A stretch of 64,000 nucleotides of DNA from a virus (IMGVR_UViG_3300042270_000314), one strand, 5' to 3'; shown: positions 20,356 to 31,789, numbered from the stretch's first letter. Numbers and translations are program-made. The notes: generated by a model from the sequence alone, not told the origin.

Positions 20356-21910
20356 ATGGGGTTTTTTACAGGGTTAAAGGATTTTTTCTTTTCCAATGAT
20401 GTTAATGAAGAGCTAAAACAATTCAAAAACATTGGAACGGAAAAAGACAAAAAGGAATCTGAATTTGGTGAAGGTTTTGAGAACCCAATATTTGCTGCAG
20501 CTGGTCTAATAACTAATCAGTTTTACGACAAATATCTATATCAGAAGCTTGATACCAAACTTAAGAAAATTGAAGAATATAGAAGAATAGCTGCTAATGC
20601 TGAAATTTCTGATGTCATTGAGGATGCTGTTATTGAATCAACAATGCCTAATGATAGTGATGAAATTTTTAAATTAGTATTTAGAGATGAGAAACTTGAG
20701 AAGAATAAAAATGCTAATAAGAATATTATGAATGAGTTTAATGAGCTCATCTATAATAGACTAAGACTTAATACTAAAATTCAAAACTATATGGAAGATT
20801 ATTTTATTGATGGAGAATTATATTTAGAAAATGTAATTGATGTCAATAATTCTAAACGTGGTATTCTATATTGGAAAAAACTTCCCACTGAGACTATGGA
20901 CTTCATTTACAACTATGAAAAAAGCATGGTTGAAGGATATATTCAACATCTTAAAATGGGAACTTCTAATTCATTAATTAGATCTATTGAAGATGCTAGA
21001 AATAACAAAGATATTATAGTTTTCAATAAATCCCAGATTTCTTATATGAACTATGGAAAATTTTCCCCAGTAGATAGAACAAAAGTATTTGGCTATCTTG
21101 AAAAAGCTAGAAAGCCATTTAACCAATTGAATATGCTTGAAACATCTGTAATCATTTATAGATTGGTTAGAGCACCAGAAAGATTTGTATTCAATATCGA
21201 TGTAGGTAATATGCCGCGAGATAAGGCAATGCAGTTTGTTGAAAAAATGAAACAAAAGCTTTCAACAAAAGAATCATTTGATCCTGAAACTGGGCTATTG
21301 AAAAAAGCAACAAATGTAATGTCAATTAGTGAGAATTTTTTCTTACCTACATCTAGCTCAGGTAGAGCAAGTTCGGTTTCTACAGTAGGGGGTAACCCTT
21401 CAGGATTTGCTGAATTGGGTGATATTTATTACTTTCAAAAGAAACTATACAAAGCACTAAAATATCCTATCACCCGAGTTCAGAATACTCAGGACAATAG
21501 AAGTGGCGATAATCTATTTGGTGGTGGATCAAATTTTGGGGAAATCCCTAGAGATGAAATCAAATGATCTGTGTTTTTGGAAAATCAACAGGACAAATTT
21601 TGTAGGATGCTTCTAAAAACATTTTTAATTCATCTTGAATTCAAAGGATTATTAAAACAATATGGATTAGATGAATACTCATTTGCTATTACTATGAATT
21701 GCCCAAATTCATATAAAGATCAAATTGAGCAGAAAGGAAGAGAAACAAGATTTAACAACTATAATTCTCTTGTTTCAAATGCAGAATTTTCAAAATCATA
21801 TCTTATGAAAAAATATCTTGATATGGATGATGATGATCTAAAGGCGAATGCCGAAGGATTTAAACTTGATAAAGAATTATTTGGCATTGGAGAAGAGGAG
21901 GATATGTAAT
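20356..21910 (+). CDS. gp20: portal protein (T4 gp20-like), ~517 aa, 1 in-frame TGA at 21565
   Basis: Track ORFs 20356..21567 and 21571..21909 are in one frame joined by TGA; size and position (between gp24-like and protease) match T4 gp20. Confidence 0.65.
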
Positions 21911-22225
21911 GAAATTTGAAATCAAACCGTTTTTTGTTGCTGTATGAACAGTAATACTTGCTATAGGGGCAATCTTCCTTAGATCTTTATTCTCTAAGAG
22001 GCCAGAAGGTAAAGTCAATATTCCTTCTAAACCGATTTTAGACAAGGTCTCTGAAGATGAATATGTGCATCCTAATATTTCAAAAGAAGAGGAGGCAGCA
22101 GACTATCAAACGCAAAATGTTAATACAGTCATTAAGGATGGAGCGGAGAAAGTTAAAGCTGCAAAAAAAGATTCAGACATTAAAACAGTCCAAGACAGAA
22201 TAGATACAGGATGAGACGAACTATA
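21910..22225 (+). CDS. hypothetical small membrane protein (one TM helix), 2 in-frame TGA
   Basis: MKFEIKPFFVAVW*TVILAIGAIFLRSLF... Confidence 0.3.
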
Positions 22226-22615
22226 ATGAAAAAAGTAATTTTGTTTATTTGTTTAATTTTATTTTTTGTTGGGTGTGCTCCAAAGCATTTTGAACCCTTT
22301 CAGCCCCCCGAAATTAAATTTGAAAAGACCACTGAATATAAATTGGATTTATCACCTATTAAGAAGCCAGACAAGATAAATCCAATTTATTTGGATGATA
22401 GATTTAAAGAAGTACCTATTGAGCAAGCAAAATTCATTTTACTTAGTCCTCAGGAATATGCCAAAATAGGGGCCCTTTTAGAAATTGCTATTACATACAA
22501 GAAAGTAGCATTGGAACAGGAAACATTAGTTAATCTTCATATAAATACTATTAATGCACTAAAGGAATTTTTGGAACTAGAAAGACAAAAATCTCTCCAA
22601 TATAGAGAACTTTGA
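22226..22615 (+). CDS. putative lipoprotein (signal peptide MKKVILFICLILFFVGC)
   Basis: Lipobox FVGC after a hydrophobic signal peptide; start shifted to the second ATG because the upstream gene ends at TAA 22223-22225. Confidence 0.5.
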   Translation: MKKVILFICLILFFVGCAPKHFEPFQPPEIKFEKTTEYKLDLSPIKKPDKINPIYLDDRFKEVPIEQAKFILLSPQEYAKIGALLEIAITYKKVALEQETLVNLHINTINALKEFLELERQKSLQYREL

Positions 22616-22763
22616 GTGAATGCAGAAAATAACTATAGATATGAGAAATGAGAACACCAAAAAACCTCTTTCTTTTATCAGAGTGGCCTGTATTTAATTT
22701 CATTTGGATCTCTAATAGCATTATTTGCATTATAAATTGTATAAATAATTATAGGAGCTTGTT

Positions 22764-22931
22764 ATGAATAAGGAAAATTTTATTAAGGCTTTCAATGCAT
22801 TTGCAGAAGATGATTATGAAACATCAAAAGAAGTCCTTTCAAAGGAATTAGATTCCTCAATTAATGATTATTTTAAGAGAGAACTTGAACTTCAAAATGA
22901 TGTATTTACTTTAGAAAAACCGGAGGAATAG
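22764..22931 (+). CDS. hypothetical small acidic protein (55 aa) downstream of a TATAAATA late promoter
   Basis: gtaTAAATAattataggagcttgttATG seen directly. Confidence 0.35.
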   Translation: MNKENFIKAFNAFAEDDYETSKEVLSKELDSSINDYFKRELELQNDVFTLEKPEE

Positions 22932-22936
22932 ACACC

Positions 22937-23524
22937 GTGAAACTTATTACGGAAACAACATATAATATTTCAACAAAGAAGAGCGAAAAGTCTCTTTTTA
23001 TTGAGGGAATTTTTTCAACTGCTGAAGAAAGAAATCGCAACGGCCGAATTTACCCAAAGCGAATTCTTGAAAGAGAAGTAGATAAGCTTAGAGAAAATAT
23101 TTCAAATAAATCTGCTTTAGGTGAACTTGAACACCCCTCTTCAAATACAATTACCCTTGAGCGTGCTGCTATTTTAATTGAGGACCTTGTTTGAGAGGGA
23201 AATCATGTCATGGGAAAAGCAAAAGTTCTTTCAACTCCATGTGGCCAGATTGTAAAAAATCTAATTGAAGATGGTGCTCGAATTGGTATTAGCTCTCGTG
23301 GTCTTGGAACTGTAAACGAAAAAACAAATCATGTTAATGAAGACTTTAATCTAATTTGTTGGGACATTGTTAGCCAACCATCCAACTTGGGGAGCTGGGT
23401 TAATGGCGTGTTAGAGGGTGTAGATTTTGGTACTTCTAATCAAGAAAAGCTTATTGAACAAGCTAAACAAGAATATAGAAAGAGGATTTTTCAAGTAATC
23501 GATCAGATTTCTAAAAACATCTAG
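22937..23524 (+). CDS. gp21: prohead core protease (T4 gp21-like); 1 in-frame TGA at 23192
   Basis: LFIEGIFSTAEERNRNGRIYPKRILEREV...ALGELEHPSS...AAILIEDLVW*EGNHVMGKAKV...ISSRGLG matches T4 gp21 (LYIEGIFMQAE..NRNKRLYPKRILEKAV...ALGELNHP...AAIIIEDMWWKGNDVYGRARV...VSSRGLG, recalled from memory); TGA falls on a conserved Trp. Confidence 0.8.
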
Positions 23525-23532
23525 GGGAAAAA

Positions 23533-23769
23533 ATGAAACTAATTGAAAAAATTGATGAATATTTGAACGAAGGGTCTATAGCTAGGAATCCTAAAACAGA
23601 TTCTGTTGTAGAAAAGGGGAAAGATTGGACCCTTATGAAAACTGAGCCATATGGACCAAAAGGAAAATATCAAGATTTTTATATTGTTTTTAAAGCTGGA
23701 GGTTCAAAACCTACTTTTGAAACTCTTAAAGATGCCAAAAACTATTTAAAAGATCAAGATTACGAATAA
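23533..23769 (+). CDS. hypothetical protein (78 aa)
   Basis: Track ORF. Confidence 0.4.
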   Translation: MKLIEKIDEYLNEGSIARNPKTDSVVEKGKDWTLMKTEPYGPKGKYQDFYIVFKAGGSKPTFETLKDAKNYLKDQDYE

Positions 23770-23784
23770 TTTGAATTTAAAAAT

Positions 23785-23792
23785 TATAAATA
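23785..23792 (+). promoter_or_regulatory. T4-type late promoter TATAAATA with conserved leader (duplicate of 24985-25030)
   Basis: ATTATAAATAAATTTATAAGGAACAATTCTTAGGAGGAATTTA repeated almost exactly upstream of the scaffold and capsid genes. Confidence 0.55.
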
Positions 23793-23830
23793 AATTTATA
23801 AGGAACAATTCTTAGGAGGAATTTATACTA

Positions 23831-24799
23831 ATGAATATTAAGGACATTACCAAACTACTTGGTGTTGAAGCTCTTGATGAGTCTGTAGTTACCGAAGTAG
23901 AAACAAAGATCTCTGATCTTATCAATACTAAAGTAGATGAGAAAGTCGAAGAGCTTTCCAGGGAAAAGGCTGAGGTTCTAGCCAAAGAAATGGTTGAGGC
24001 TGCTCTTGAAGAAGAAAAAACTTCTTTAAAGGAAGAGCTTGTACAGGAATATGAAGAGAAGTTTGAAACTTATAAGGACACTCTTGCTGAAAAGTTTTCT
24101 CTTTTCGTAGATGATATTCTTGCTGAAAAACTTCAGATCCCCGAAAACATCAAGGAATTTGCTCGTAAGGGTGAACTATACTCCGATCTAATTGAGCAGT
24201 TTAAGGTTCGTCTTGGTATTGATGAAGGTCTAGTCAATGAAGAAGCTAAGTCTCTTCTTTCCGAAGCTAAAGATGAAATTCTAAAACTCCGTGATGAAAA
24301 GAATCATTTAACAGAAAAATTCTTAAACGGAAAGCAGCTACTTCATGAAGCTTCAGTCACCCTTTATATTTATGAGAAGTGTGAAGGTCTAACTGAATCC
24401 CAGAAGGAAAAAGTTTTCTCCATCCTTGAAGGTATCACTGATAAAGAAGTTATTGACAAGAAGTTTGATATCATTGTTGATACTCTAACAGAGGAAGAAG
24501 TTATTACTGAAAAGATGGTAACAGTAAAAGTAGTTGATCCTAAAAAGGCAGTTTCCGAATTAAAGAAAGCTGGTGTATCTGCTAAAGCAGTATCTGAGTC
24601 TGAAGTATCTTTTGATGCAAAAGACAAAAAGACTGCTGTAGAATGGCTACTTAAAGATGGTGGTTGGGATAGAAAAGAACTTAAGAAAGAATATCCTGAT
24701 CTAGTTGAAGCTGAAGGCGATGGTGTTGCAACACCCCTAATCACAGAAGAAAAGGAAGAGGATAACTCTTTCGTTTCTAAATATCTTAACTTTATCTAA
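23831..24799 (+). CDS. gp22: prohead scaffold protein (gp22-like; acidic, coiled-coil)
   Basis: E/K-rich low-complexity 322-aa protein between protease and capsid protein, as in T4. Confidence 0.6.
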   Translation: MNIKDITKLLGVEALDESVVTEVETKISDLINTKVDEKVEELSREKAEVLAKEMVEAALEEEKTSLKEELVQEYEEKFETYKDTLAEKFSLFVDDILAEKLQIPENIKEFARKGELYSDLIEQFKVRLGIDEGLVNEEAKSLLSEAKDEILKLRDEKNHLTEKFLNGKQLLHEASVTLYIYEKCEGLTESQKEKVFSILEGITDKEVIDKKFDIIVDTLTEEEVITEKMVTVKVVDPKKAVSELKKAGVSAKAVSESEVSFDAKDKKTAVEWLLKDGGWDRKELKKEYPDLVEAEGDGVATPLITEEKEEDNSFVSKYLNFI

Positions 24800-24984
24800 A
24801 ACTTAAAACGAAAAAATATAAATAGATATATACATAATAAACTTTAAAAGAATGGTATTCTTTTAAAAATATTATTAAAATTATGTATAATCAATACTAG
24901 GCATTATTTGATTTTAAAAAATCTATTTGGCAATTTATAGTTACCAAAGCCAAAAATCTAATTTCTAAATTGAAAATTAGAAAC

Positions 24985-24992
24985 TATAAATA
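24985..24992 (+). promoter_or_regulatory. T4-type late promoter TATAAATA plus conserved leader/RBS upstream of the major capsid gene
   Basis: Same ~45-nt sequence as 23782-23826. Confidence 0.55.
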
Positions 24993-25030
24993 AATTTATA
25001 AGGAACAATTCTTAGGAGGAATTTAATAAA

Positions 25031-26272
25031 ATGTCTAAAATTAACGTTAATCAGCTAGTAGAAAAGTGGAATCCACTTATCAACGAGGAAAAAGTCGTTG
25101 CCAAGGTAGGCAAGATTAAAGATAATAAAATTGAAACCATGACAGCTATTATGCTTGAGAATGAGTTCAATTATCTAAAAGAACAGAATATGGTTAATGA
25201 AGCATCTTATACAGATGGTTCTTTTGGCTCTAACTATGCAACTTCTGGTGAATTCCACAAGATTGCTATTCCCATGGTTCGTAGAACTTTCCCTAATCTA
25301 ATTGCTCACGAAACCGTTGGTGTTCAGCCTATGACCTCCCCTGTTGGTCTAGCTTTCGCTCTTCGTTTCCGCGCTGGTCAGACTTACAACTCTGGTTCTA
25401 ACACTGAACTTGGTTACAACACTGTAGATAAGTCATACACTGGCTCTATGGTTACTTCTGCTGGTGAAATTCTAGGTTCTAGTACTTCTCCTGCTGTTGG
25501 TCTAGGTATTGGTACTGGCGATCAGATCAAGGAAGTTAACCTAACCATCGAAAAAGCTCAGATTGAAGCTAAGACCCGTAAGCTACGCAGCCGCTGGTCC
25601 TTAGAAGTTGCTCAGGATCTTAATGCTATGCATGGTCTTGACATCGAATCTGAAATGCTTGATATCCTTGGTTATGAAATTCAGGCTGAAATTGACCGTG
25701 AAATCATTGATGCTGTAAAAACTGCTGCTAATACCAATGCTTACTCTTATGTAGATGGTCAGCTCGGCACTCTATCTTGGGCTTCTTCTGCTCATTTTGA
25801 TGGCCGCTGGGAACATGAAAAATATCGTAACCTTTACAATCGTACCGTTCGTATGGCTAACCGCATTGCTATCACAACCCGTCGTGGTGCTGGTAACTTC
25901 GTAGTTGCTAATCCTACTGTATGCGCAGCTCTTGAAGGAACTTCCAGTTTCACAATTGCTCCTGTATCTGGTAATGTAAACACTGCTAATACCTCTGTTG
26001 AAATCATTGGTACACTAGACGGTCGTATGAAAGTTATCCGTGATACTTTCGCTACTGTAGACGAACTAACTGTTGGTTACAAGGGTGCTGGCGGCTCAGG
26101 TATGGATGCCGGAATAATTTATTGCCCATTTATTCAACTTCTATTAAGCAGAGCAACTTTTGAGAACTCATTCAACCCCACAATAGGTCTAATGAGCCGA
26201 TATGCCCTTCATAGCAATATCTTTGGCGCCGAAAATTACTATATCCGTAGCGTTATTACGGAAATGCCGTAA
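25031..26272 (+). CDS. gp23: major capsid protein (gp23-like)
   Basis: 413 aa; paralogous to the 18654..19817 protein; follows protease and scaffold; strong terminator downstream. Confidence 0.8.
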   Translation: MSKINVNQLVEKWNPLINEEKVVAKVGKIKDNKIETMTAIMLENEFNYLKEQNMVNEASYTDGSFGSNYATSGEFHKIAIPMVRRTFPNLIAHETVGVQPMTSPVGLAFALRFRAGQTYNSGSNTELGYNTVDKSYTGSMVTSAGEILGSSTSPAVGLGIGTGDQIKEVNLTIEKAQIEAKTRKLRSRWSLEVAQDLNAMHGLDIESEMLDILGYEIQAEIDREIIDAVKTAANTNAYSYVDGQLGTLSWASSAHFDGRWEHEKYRNLYNRTVRMANRIAITTRRGAGNFVVANPTVCAALEGTSSFTIAPVSGNVNTANTSVEIIGTLDGRMKVIRDTFATVDELTVGYKGAGGSGMDAGIIYCPFIQLLLSRATFENSFNPTIGLMSRYALHSNIFGAENYYIRSVITEMP

Positions 26273-26299
26273 AATATTGTTTTTTATTAACAATTAAAA

Positions 26300-26321
26300 G
26301 GGAGCTTCGGCTCCCTTTTTT
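26300..26321 (+). terminator. rho-independent terminator GGGAGCttcgGCTCCC+T6
   Basis: Seen directly; the identical hairpin recurs at 45458-45472. Confidence 0.65.
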
Positions 26322-26353
26322 GTTTACATATTTTGAAATTTTTTCTTAAAACT

Positions 26354-26381
26354 GTTTACAAACTTTCAAAACTTTTATATT
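26354..26381 (+). promoter_or_regulatory. sigma70/T4-early-like promoter GTTTACA-N16-TATATT with conserved leader (near-identical copy on the minus strand at ~58530-58615)
   Basis: aactGTTTACAaactttcaaaacttttaTATTCTaatcttaacacaacaacaaataacccaggagatcaaaATG versus the reverse complement of 58530-58615. Confidence 0.5.
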
Positions 26382-26420
26382 CTAATCTTAACACAACAAC
26401 AAATAACCCAGGAGATCAAA

Positions 26421-26567
26421 ATGTATATCCCAACTGAATGTGAAATTGCTCTCTACAAGGAAAAGTTTATTGCTCAATATGGAAAGGAACCTGAATTTGA
26501 AATGGAGTTTGAATCTGGGGATCAATTTCTTAATTACCTTTTTAATATAGGAAAGGAGGAATAATCA
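26421..26567 (+). CDS. hypothetical small protein (48 aa)
   Basis: ATG 26421 with RBS caggagat; MYIPTECEIALYKEKF... Confidence 0.35.
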
Positions 26568-26947
26568 TGAACCTCAAGATTTTTACCCCTGAAGATTGGC
26601 AGCTCTATTCTGATATGCACAGGGATGCTCATGGTTTTCGCCCCCGATATTTCCCCTTCAACACAATGGAAGAATTTCTGAATGCCATAAAATCCCTGGA
26701 TGATGAGATCTCTCGCCAGATTGAAGAACAGGAAGCTCAAGAAAAAGCAGATTTGGCAAAGTTTGAAGAAAAAATCTCTGAAGTGAGAAAAACATGTAAT
26801 TGTTCTTGGAAGAGAGCGTTTGAGATTTTGATGGAAGCTGAGGAGTCCCCCTATGGAATGTATGATATTGATTATTTTCTTTATGGATGGGGTATCTCTG
26901 GAAAGGATTCATATGACTTAATTAATAGATTTAAAGTGGAGGAATAA
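26567..26947 (+). CDS. hypothetical protein (126 aa)
   Basis: Track ORF. Confidence 0.45.
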   Translation: MNLKIFTPEDWQLYSDMHRDAHGFRPRYFPFNTMEEFLNAIKSLDDEISRQIEEQEAQEKADLAKFEEKISEVRKTCNCSWKRAFEILMEAEESPYGMYDIDYFLYGWGISGKDSYDLINRFKVEE

Positions 26948-27001
26948 ATGAGTGTGAATTAGGTTTATTTTAGAATTAGATAAAAATATTATAAAATAAA
27001 A

Positions 27002-27025
27002 AGGAGCCTTTGGGCTCCTTTTTAT
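27002..27025. terminator. hairpin GGAGCCtttgGGCTCC flanked by A/T runs (bidirectional terminator between plus and minus blocks)
   Basis: Seen directly. Confidence 0.55.
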
Positions 27026-27178
27026 TCTTTTAATTTTTCATTTTCAAATTTTTGTATTTTTTTAATAAGTTTATTAATATATTCTTCTTCATGATTTTCA
27101 TAGCCAACAAGTTCAATCCTAAATAATTCATCTATAGCTTTTTTATAATCATCTATATTCTCTATTTTCATAATATTT

Positions 27179-29130
27179 CTACCTTGCATACCTATAAACT
27201 AAACACCCACAATCCCAAATTCTATCAAATCCATTCATTTGCATATTTTCCCATTCAGTAAGATTAGGATCAAAATCCTTTAATAAACTTGGTAATTTAT
27301 GTTTCATATAAACGGATCTATGTACCAACTTCCCATTAATAATGTACCAATAGGACGGAGCACTCTTATGACTAAATTCAAACCCAAGTTGTTCATATAA
27401 ATTACCATTAGACCATCTACGATCTGCATAGGAAATTATTTCTTCAAATTCATTGTTTCTAACAAAGTGTTTAAATAATTTACTTGCTCCCCCAATGACT
27501 TGTGTATTAAGTTTATTACAAAATCTTAAAAGCTCAAGTTTAGTTTTTCCTGTTATTTTTCTCTTACCAAAAGTCATACATGAAACAAGTTCATCATTAT
27601 AAAAAAGCCCATATCTAATAGACGAATTACAATATCCTTGGAGGTGATTTTGAAGAAGAAAGATATTAGATTCTTCAAAAGTAAGAGATCTTATTTCGCA
27701 TTTTCTAGCATATATTCTATTTTCAAAAATACCCAACTTAGAAAGAAGTGCAGATTTAACTATAGATTGTTTATCTTTCCATTCCGTTTCAAATATATGA
27801 ATAAGTTGAATATTATTTTCATCACAAATATCTGTCTTATTTATATGATATTTTTTATTTTTATTTCCTGAAATTTCAGAATGATAATATATACCATCAT
27901 ATTCAATCCCCAAATTGGAATTTGGAATAAAGATATCTATCTCAAGACCATCTAAAATTTCTTTATTTCCCCTGCGATGATTAATATTCAAAAATTTTGC
28001 TATTTCGTTTTCTGCCTTACTAGTTCCTCCCTTAACTCTACAGGAACAAGAAACTCCTTTATTTATTAATTCTATAGATAATGGTCTGATATTTTTACAT
28101 CTTAAACATTTAACATCGGTCGTTTTTAGAGGACTAAGAGCAAATTCATATCTAGATGCTATCATTTCATAATCATTATCTTTACAATAATTATATATTA
28201 ATGGATATTTTTTAAATCTCGCAATAATATTACTATGTTTATTTCCACAATTAGTACAATAGCTTCTATAACCATTTCTTAATAATGGTGTTTTCTCTTT
28301 TTTACAAATATAACATATTCTTTCTTTTGGATTATTATTTAGAATAAGGTAATATATTTCTCTATGAGTAAAATCCGCATAATAGATGTTTATACTTTTA
28401 TATAATTTTGGGGACTTGTTAAGAATTTTTATGGCAACATTTTGAAAATCATAATTGAATTTAGCTAAAAATAAAAGAAAAATTTTATTGGTTCTTTCTA
28501 ATGAATAAACTTTAATATCTGAAGATTTTAAAATTTTAATTCCTCTATTATTTCTTTCCTTTTTAACATCTTGGTTAGGATCACGTTTTCTTATTAAATC
28601 TGGATTATTTATAGCACATATTCTTGAACAAAATTTTCTATATCCCCATGACTCTAATAATGTGTTAAATGGTAATATATTTCCACAAAGAGGGCATACA
28701 GGAATATTTTTTAAATTAAAAACATAATGGAATATTTTTTGAGATAATATACTGTTAGTAATATTGGATTTAATGTCATTAAAAAACAATTCTATTTGTT
28801 GTATTGTTTTTGGATATTTGTTTTTTAATATTTTAATATATCTTTTGGGGTATTTAACTCTTAATTCTAAAATTTCCTCTTTTGTTAATATAATATCAGT
28901 AGATTCATTAAGAAGTGCTTTTTCATTTCCAATTTTTTCTCTATATATTTGAGACTTAGTCATACATTCATATGAACAATATTGTATATTATGTTTTCCT
29001 TTACTTAAAAAAGGCTCACCACATTCTAGACATAAATCATGATAATAATATGTACCATCATTACCTCTAAAATTTCCTCTATTGCTTAATTTAATATTAT
29101 GTTTTTCTAGATTGTCTCAACAAATAATCA
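27179..29130 (-). CDS. large homing-endonuclease-like protein: multiple Cys zinc fingers plus a Vsr/DUF559-like nuclease motif (LGIEYDGIYYHSE); ~650 aa, 1 in-frame TGA
   Basis: Track ORF 27179..28963 extends upstream through TGA to ATG ~29128-29130 (MIICW*DNLEKHNIKLSNRGNF...CLECGEPF...). Confidence 0.5.
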
Positions 29131-29176
29131 TGATAGTCTACTCCCATAGAATTTGAAATTTAAAGAGAAGTTAGAG

Positions 29177-29222
29177 GGATGTGGGAGCAACCCTCAGCAC
29201 TGGCCGGTGTTGTCCTTCTCCA
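29177..29222. other. GC-rich hairpin GAGGGatgtgggagcaaCCCTC followed by CTGGCCGGTGTTGTCC motif (paralog of the 7923-7983 element)
   Basis: Seen directly between the sheath gene end and the endonuclease-like gene start. Confidence 0.4.
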
Positions 29223-29267
29223 TTAAATTTAAAGATAAGATATTTTATTTATATTGTAAATAAAAAA

Positions 29268-31208
29268 TTAAGAAACCGCACCTGCTCCAATTAGTTCATC
29301 GAAGTTAGCCCCAGTTTTTGTTGCGATAAAGTTAAGCCGGATAAACTCGACTGCTCTGGCGGGCTGGATCCATATATTCCCAACTAGCTCGTTACGATCA
29401 ATTCTTTCTGGGGTATTAGTTGTTTCATCAATCTGGACCTTGAAGGCATAAATGCCACGGCGGCCCTGAATATCACGAAGGAAAGGCTCAATCATATTGG
29501 TCATTAACATCCAAGTAATTTCATCGTTCATCTCGAATAAAAAGTATTTGGCACTTTTTGCGATGGCTTTTTCCAATATGAGGAACAACCTGCGAACATT
29601 AATTCTATTAAATGCACTCTGTTTATCTAATAGGGTCTTCTGTCCTCAAACTACTTTGCCCTGACCACTAAAAGAAACAACAGGGTTAATTCCTGCAACA
29701 TACATTGCATCTCGATTTCCTTCAGTAGGATTAAAAGCAAGTCTACGAACACCAGTTAGAATAGCTCTATTCAATCCAGCAGGTGCTCACCATGCATCAG
29801 CTACATCATCTGTATGAGCATATAGACCAGCCATATGACCGGAGAGAGGAAGCCAACGATATTTTTTGTTCCAAGTATCAAATACTTCGATCCAGTTACC
29901 ATATAGAGCAGCATATGAAGTATTAGGATTAAATGTAGAACCAGCTTGTCCTTTTCTCCATTTTACCATATCTAATGTTTCAGAACCTTTGTTGTTTAGA
30001 ACATGGGATCTTAGAACATCAAGTACAACAAAACAATCTCTACGAATTGATTCACAAAGCTCTACAAGGTAGGTTTTTACAGTTACACCCTTATCTGATT
30101 CGATAAAGAGATTGACATCAATTTCTTCAGGATTAGCATAAAGATTATATGCTTCAATACAAGCAGCATCTTCACCAGCCTGAACAGTTACATCTTCATG
30201 TCTTCCAAATACACCATTCTTTCCACCAGAAAGGGTGGCCATACGAGTCATAATGGCCCCAATCGCGGGCGAATCAATTTCTGTAGTTGTTTTAAAGACA
30301 GGATTCAAAGCTACATTAATATACTTTGACTGTTCATTTACAACAGTCTCAACAAAATTAGAAACGCCGGAATCATCAATTGAATTTTCATCAGAAGAAA
30401 CAATGAAGACCTCTTTGTCTTCCCATATTGTTGAACCCTGATCTTTAGCTTGGACTACGATTGTGAATTGTTTTTCATCAGTCATAGGAGTATCGAGATC
30501 ACGAATTACAACAAATGGAAGATCATCCTGGTAACCAGGAGTTCCAAAATCGGGATTAGCTTCATAATCTACCCACATTCCAGATACTGCTGCCGTAGCT
30601 GAAGCAGTTAAAGATACGCCAGAAGGAATATCAAATGTTTCAGTCTGTGTATCAAAATACTTAACAGCATCATATGTGGCCTTGTCATAAACAAGTAAAC
30701 GAGTATTGTTTCCAAATTCACCACGATATTTAGCAAGTACCCAAAGTGGGTCATCTTCACCCATTAAAGTGTCTACCATTTCAGGGAACATCTTCATATC
30801 AGTTGTTCCTAATGAGGTATAGGTATAAGGACCATCATCTTCAGTTCCTTCAACAGTTCCAGTAGCTTCAAAAGTGAAGTTAGCAGTGGCTTCCTGGGTA
30901 GAATTTGTTCCAGTTAAAATTTTTGTACCAGCAAAAGTAGCATCAGTAGGCATAACCCTTGTACAATAGAGCATGCTTCCATATTTAAGATATCCTGCAG
31001 AAGACAGAATATCAATAAAAGAACTATCAGCAGGTTTACCAAATGCATCAATAAGTTCATCTGTATTTGTTACTAAATACTGTTCGTATTCAGGGCCTTT
31101 GTATGTTTTTCTTAGGACGTTTACAGCAATAGAAGTTGCTACTGCAGGAATTGTGGTGCTTAGATCCACTTCCCTCGTCGCCACGCCCGGCGAAATTCCG
31201 AAACTCAT
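29268..31208 (-). CDS. gp18: tail sheath protein (T4 gp18-like), ~646 aa, 2 in-frame TGA
   Basis: Track ORFs 29787..31208 and 29268..29588 are joined through two TGA codons; C-terminus VVW*GQKTLLDKQSAFNRINVRRLFLILEKAIAKSAKY...IDETTNTPERIDRNELVGNIWIQPARAVEFIRLNFIATKT matches the conserved gp18 C-terminal domain. Confidence 0.85.
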
Positions 31209-31271
31209 GTATTGTTTCCTCCATAAATTAGAATCTAAGAATCATTAGATTATAATTATATTTATATATTT

Positions 31272-31787
31272 TTATCCTCTTTCCATTCTATCATAAGAAA
31301 TTGTTGCATTACATTCAATGTAAGTTTCACCCTCTCTATAAGATAATGTTACTGTTCCCAAATCCATAGGGAAACAATTTATCAATTTTAATTTTAAAAT
31401 ACTTTTTCCAAAATTATCCATAATCATAATATAAGAATCTGTAGTATAAGTTCTGGGGTGCTTACTTAATACATCTTTATTGTTGTTGATGTTTGTCATT
31501 CAATCAAAAAGAACTTGTCAGTTTTTGAATTCTTCATCAATCATGAAATCAAAAGTGAAGTCTGCAAAAAGTAAAGTTCCATCTGCTCTTTTTGTGTCTC
31601 ATCCCTGCCAACTTATTGGTGTACTGTCAAATGACATACTAGGAATAACAACATTGAACAGATTTAGTGTTAGTTCCTTACTGTCTTGTAATTCAGTAGA
31701 AAAAGGTAAAACAGGGAAATATAATTGAAAGTTATTTCCAGAAGCTATATTTAAAGTAGTGCAGCCCATTATGCGTCTCCAGGAATA
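31272..31787 (-). CDS. gp19: tail tube protein (T4 gp19-like), 171 aa, 2 in-frame TGA
   Basis: MGCTTLNIASGNNFQLYFPV...EEFKNW*QVLFDW*MTNINN...KLKLINCFPMDLGTVTLSYREGETYIECNATISYDRME resembles T4 gp19 (NLFQVEISYLG..., FVDWQS..., IKGLWPTNVGELQLDWDS...TFEVTLALDYWE). Confidence 0.6.
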
Positions 31788-31789
31788 AG

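Noticed and set aside
24370-24744. Minus-strand ORF antisense to the scaffold gene, and similar embedded ORFs (for example 5408..5605, 7150..7532, 11152..11472, 20541..21255, 30235..31248, 33990..34868, 49544..50651, 53370..53627, 58200..58532)
   Set aside because: Each is fully contained in, and antisense to or out of frame with, a well-supported gene. These are typical spurious ORFs from the six-frame track.
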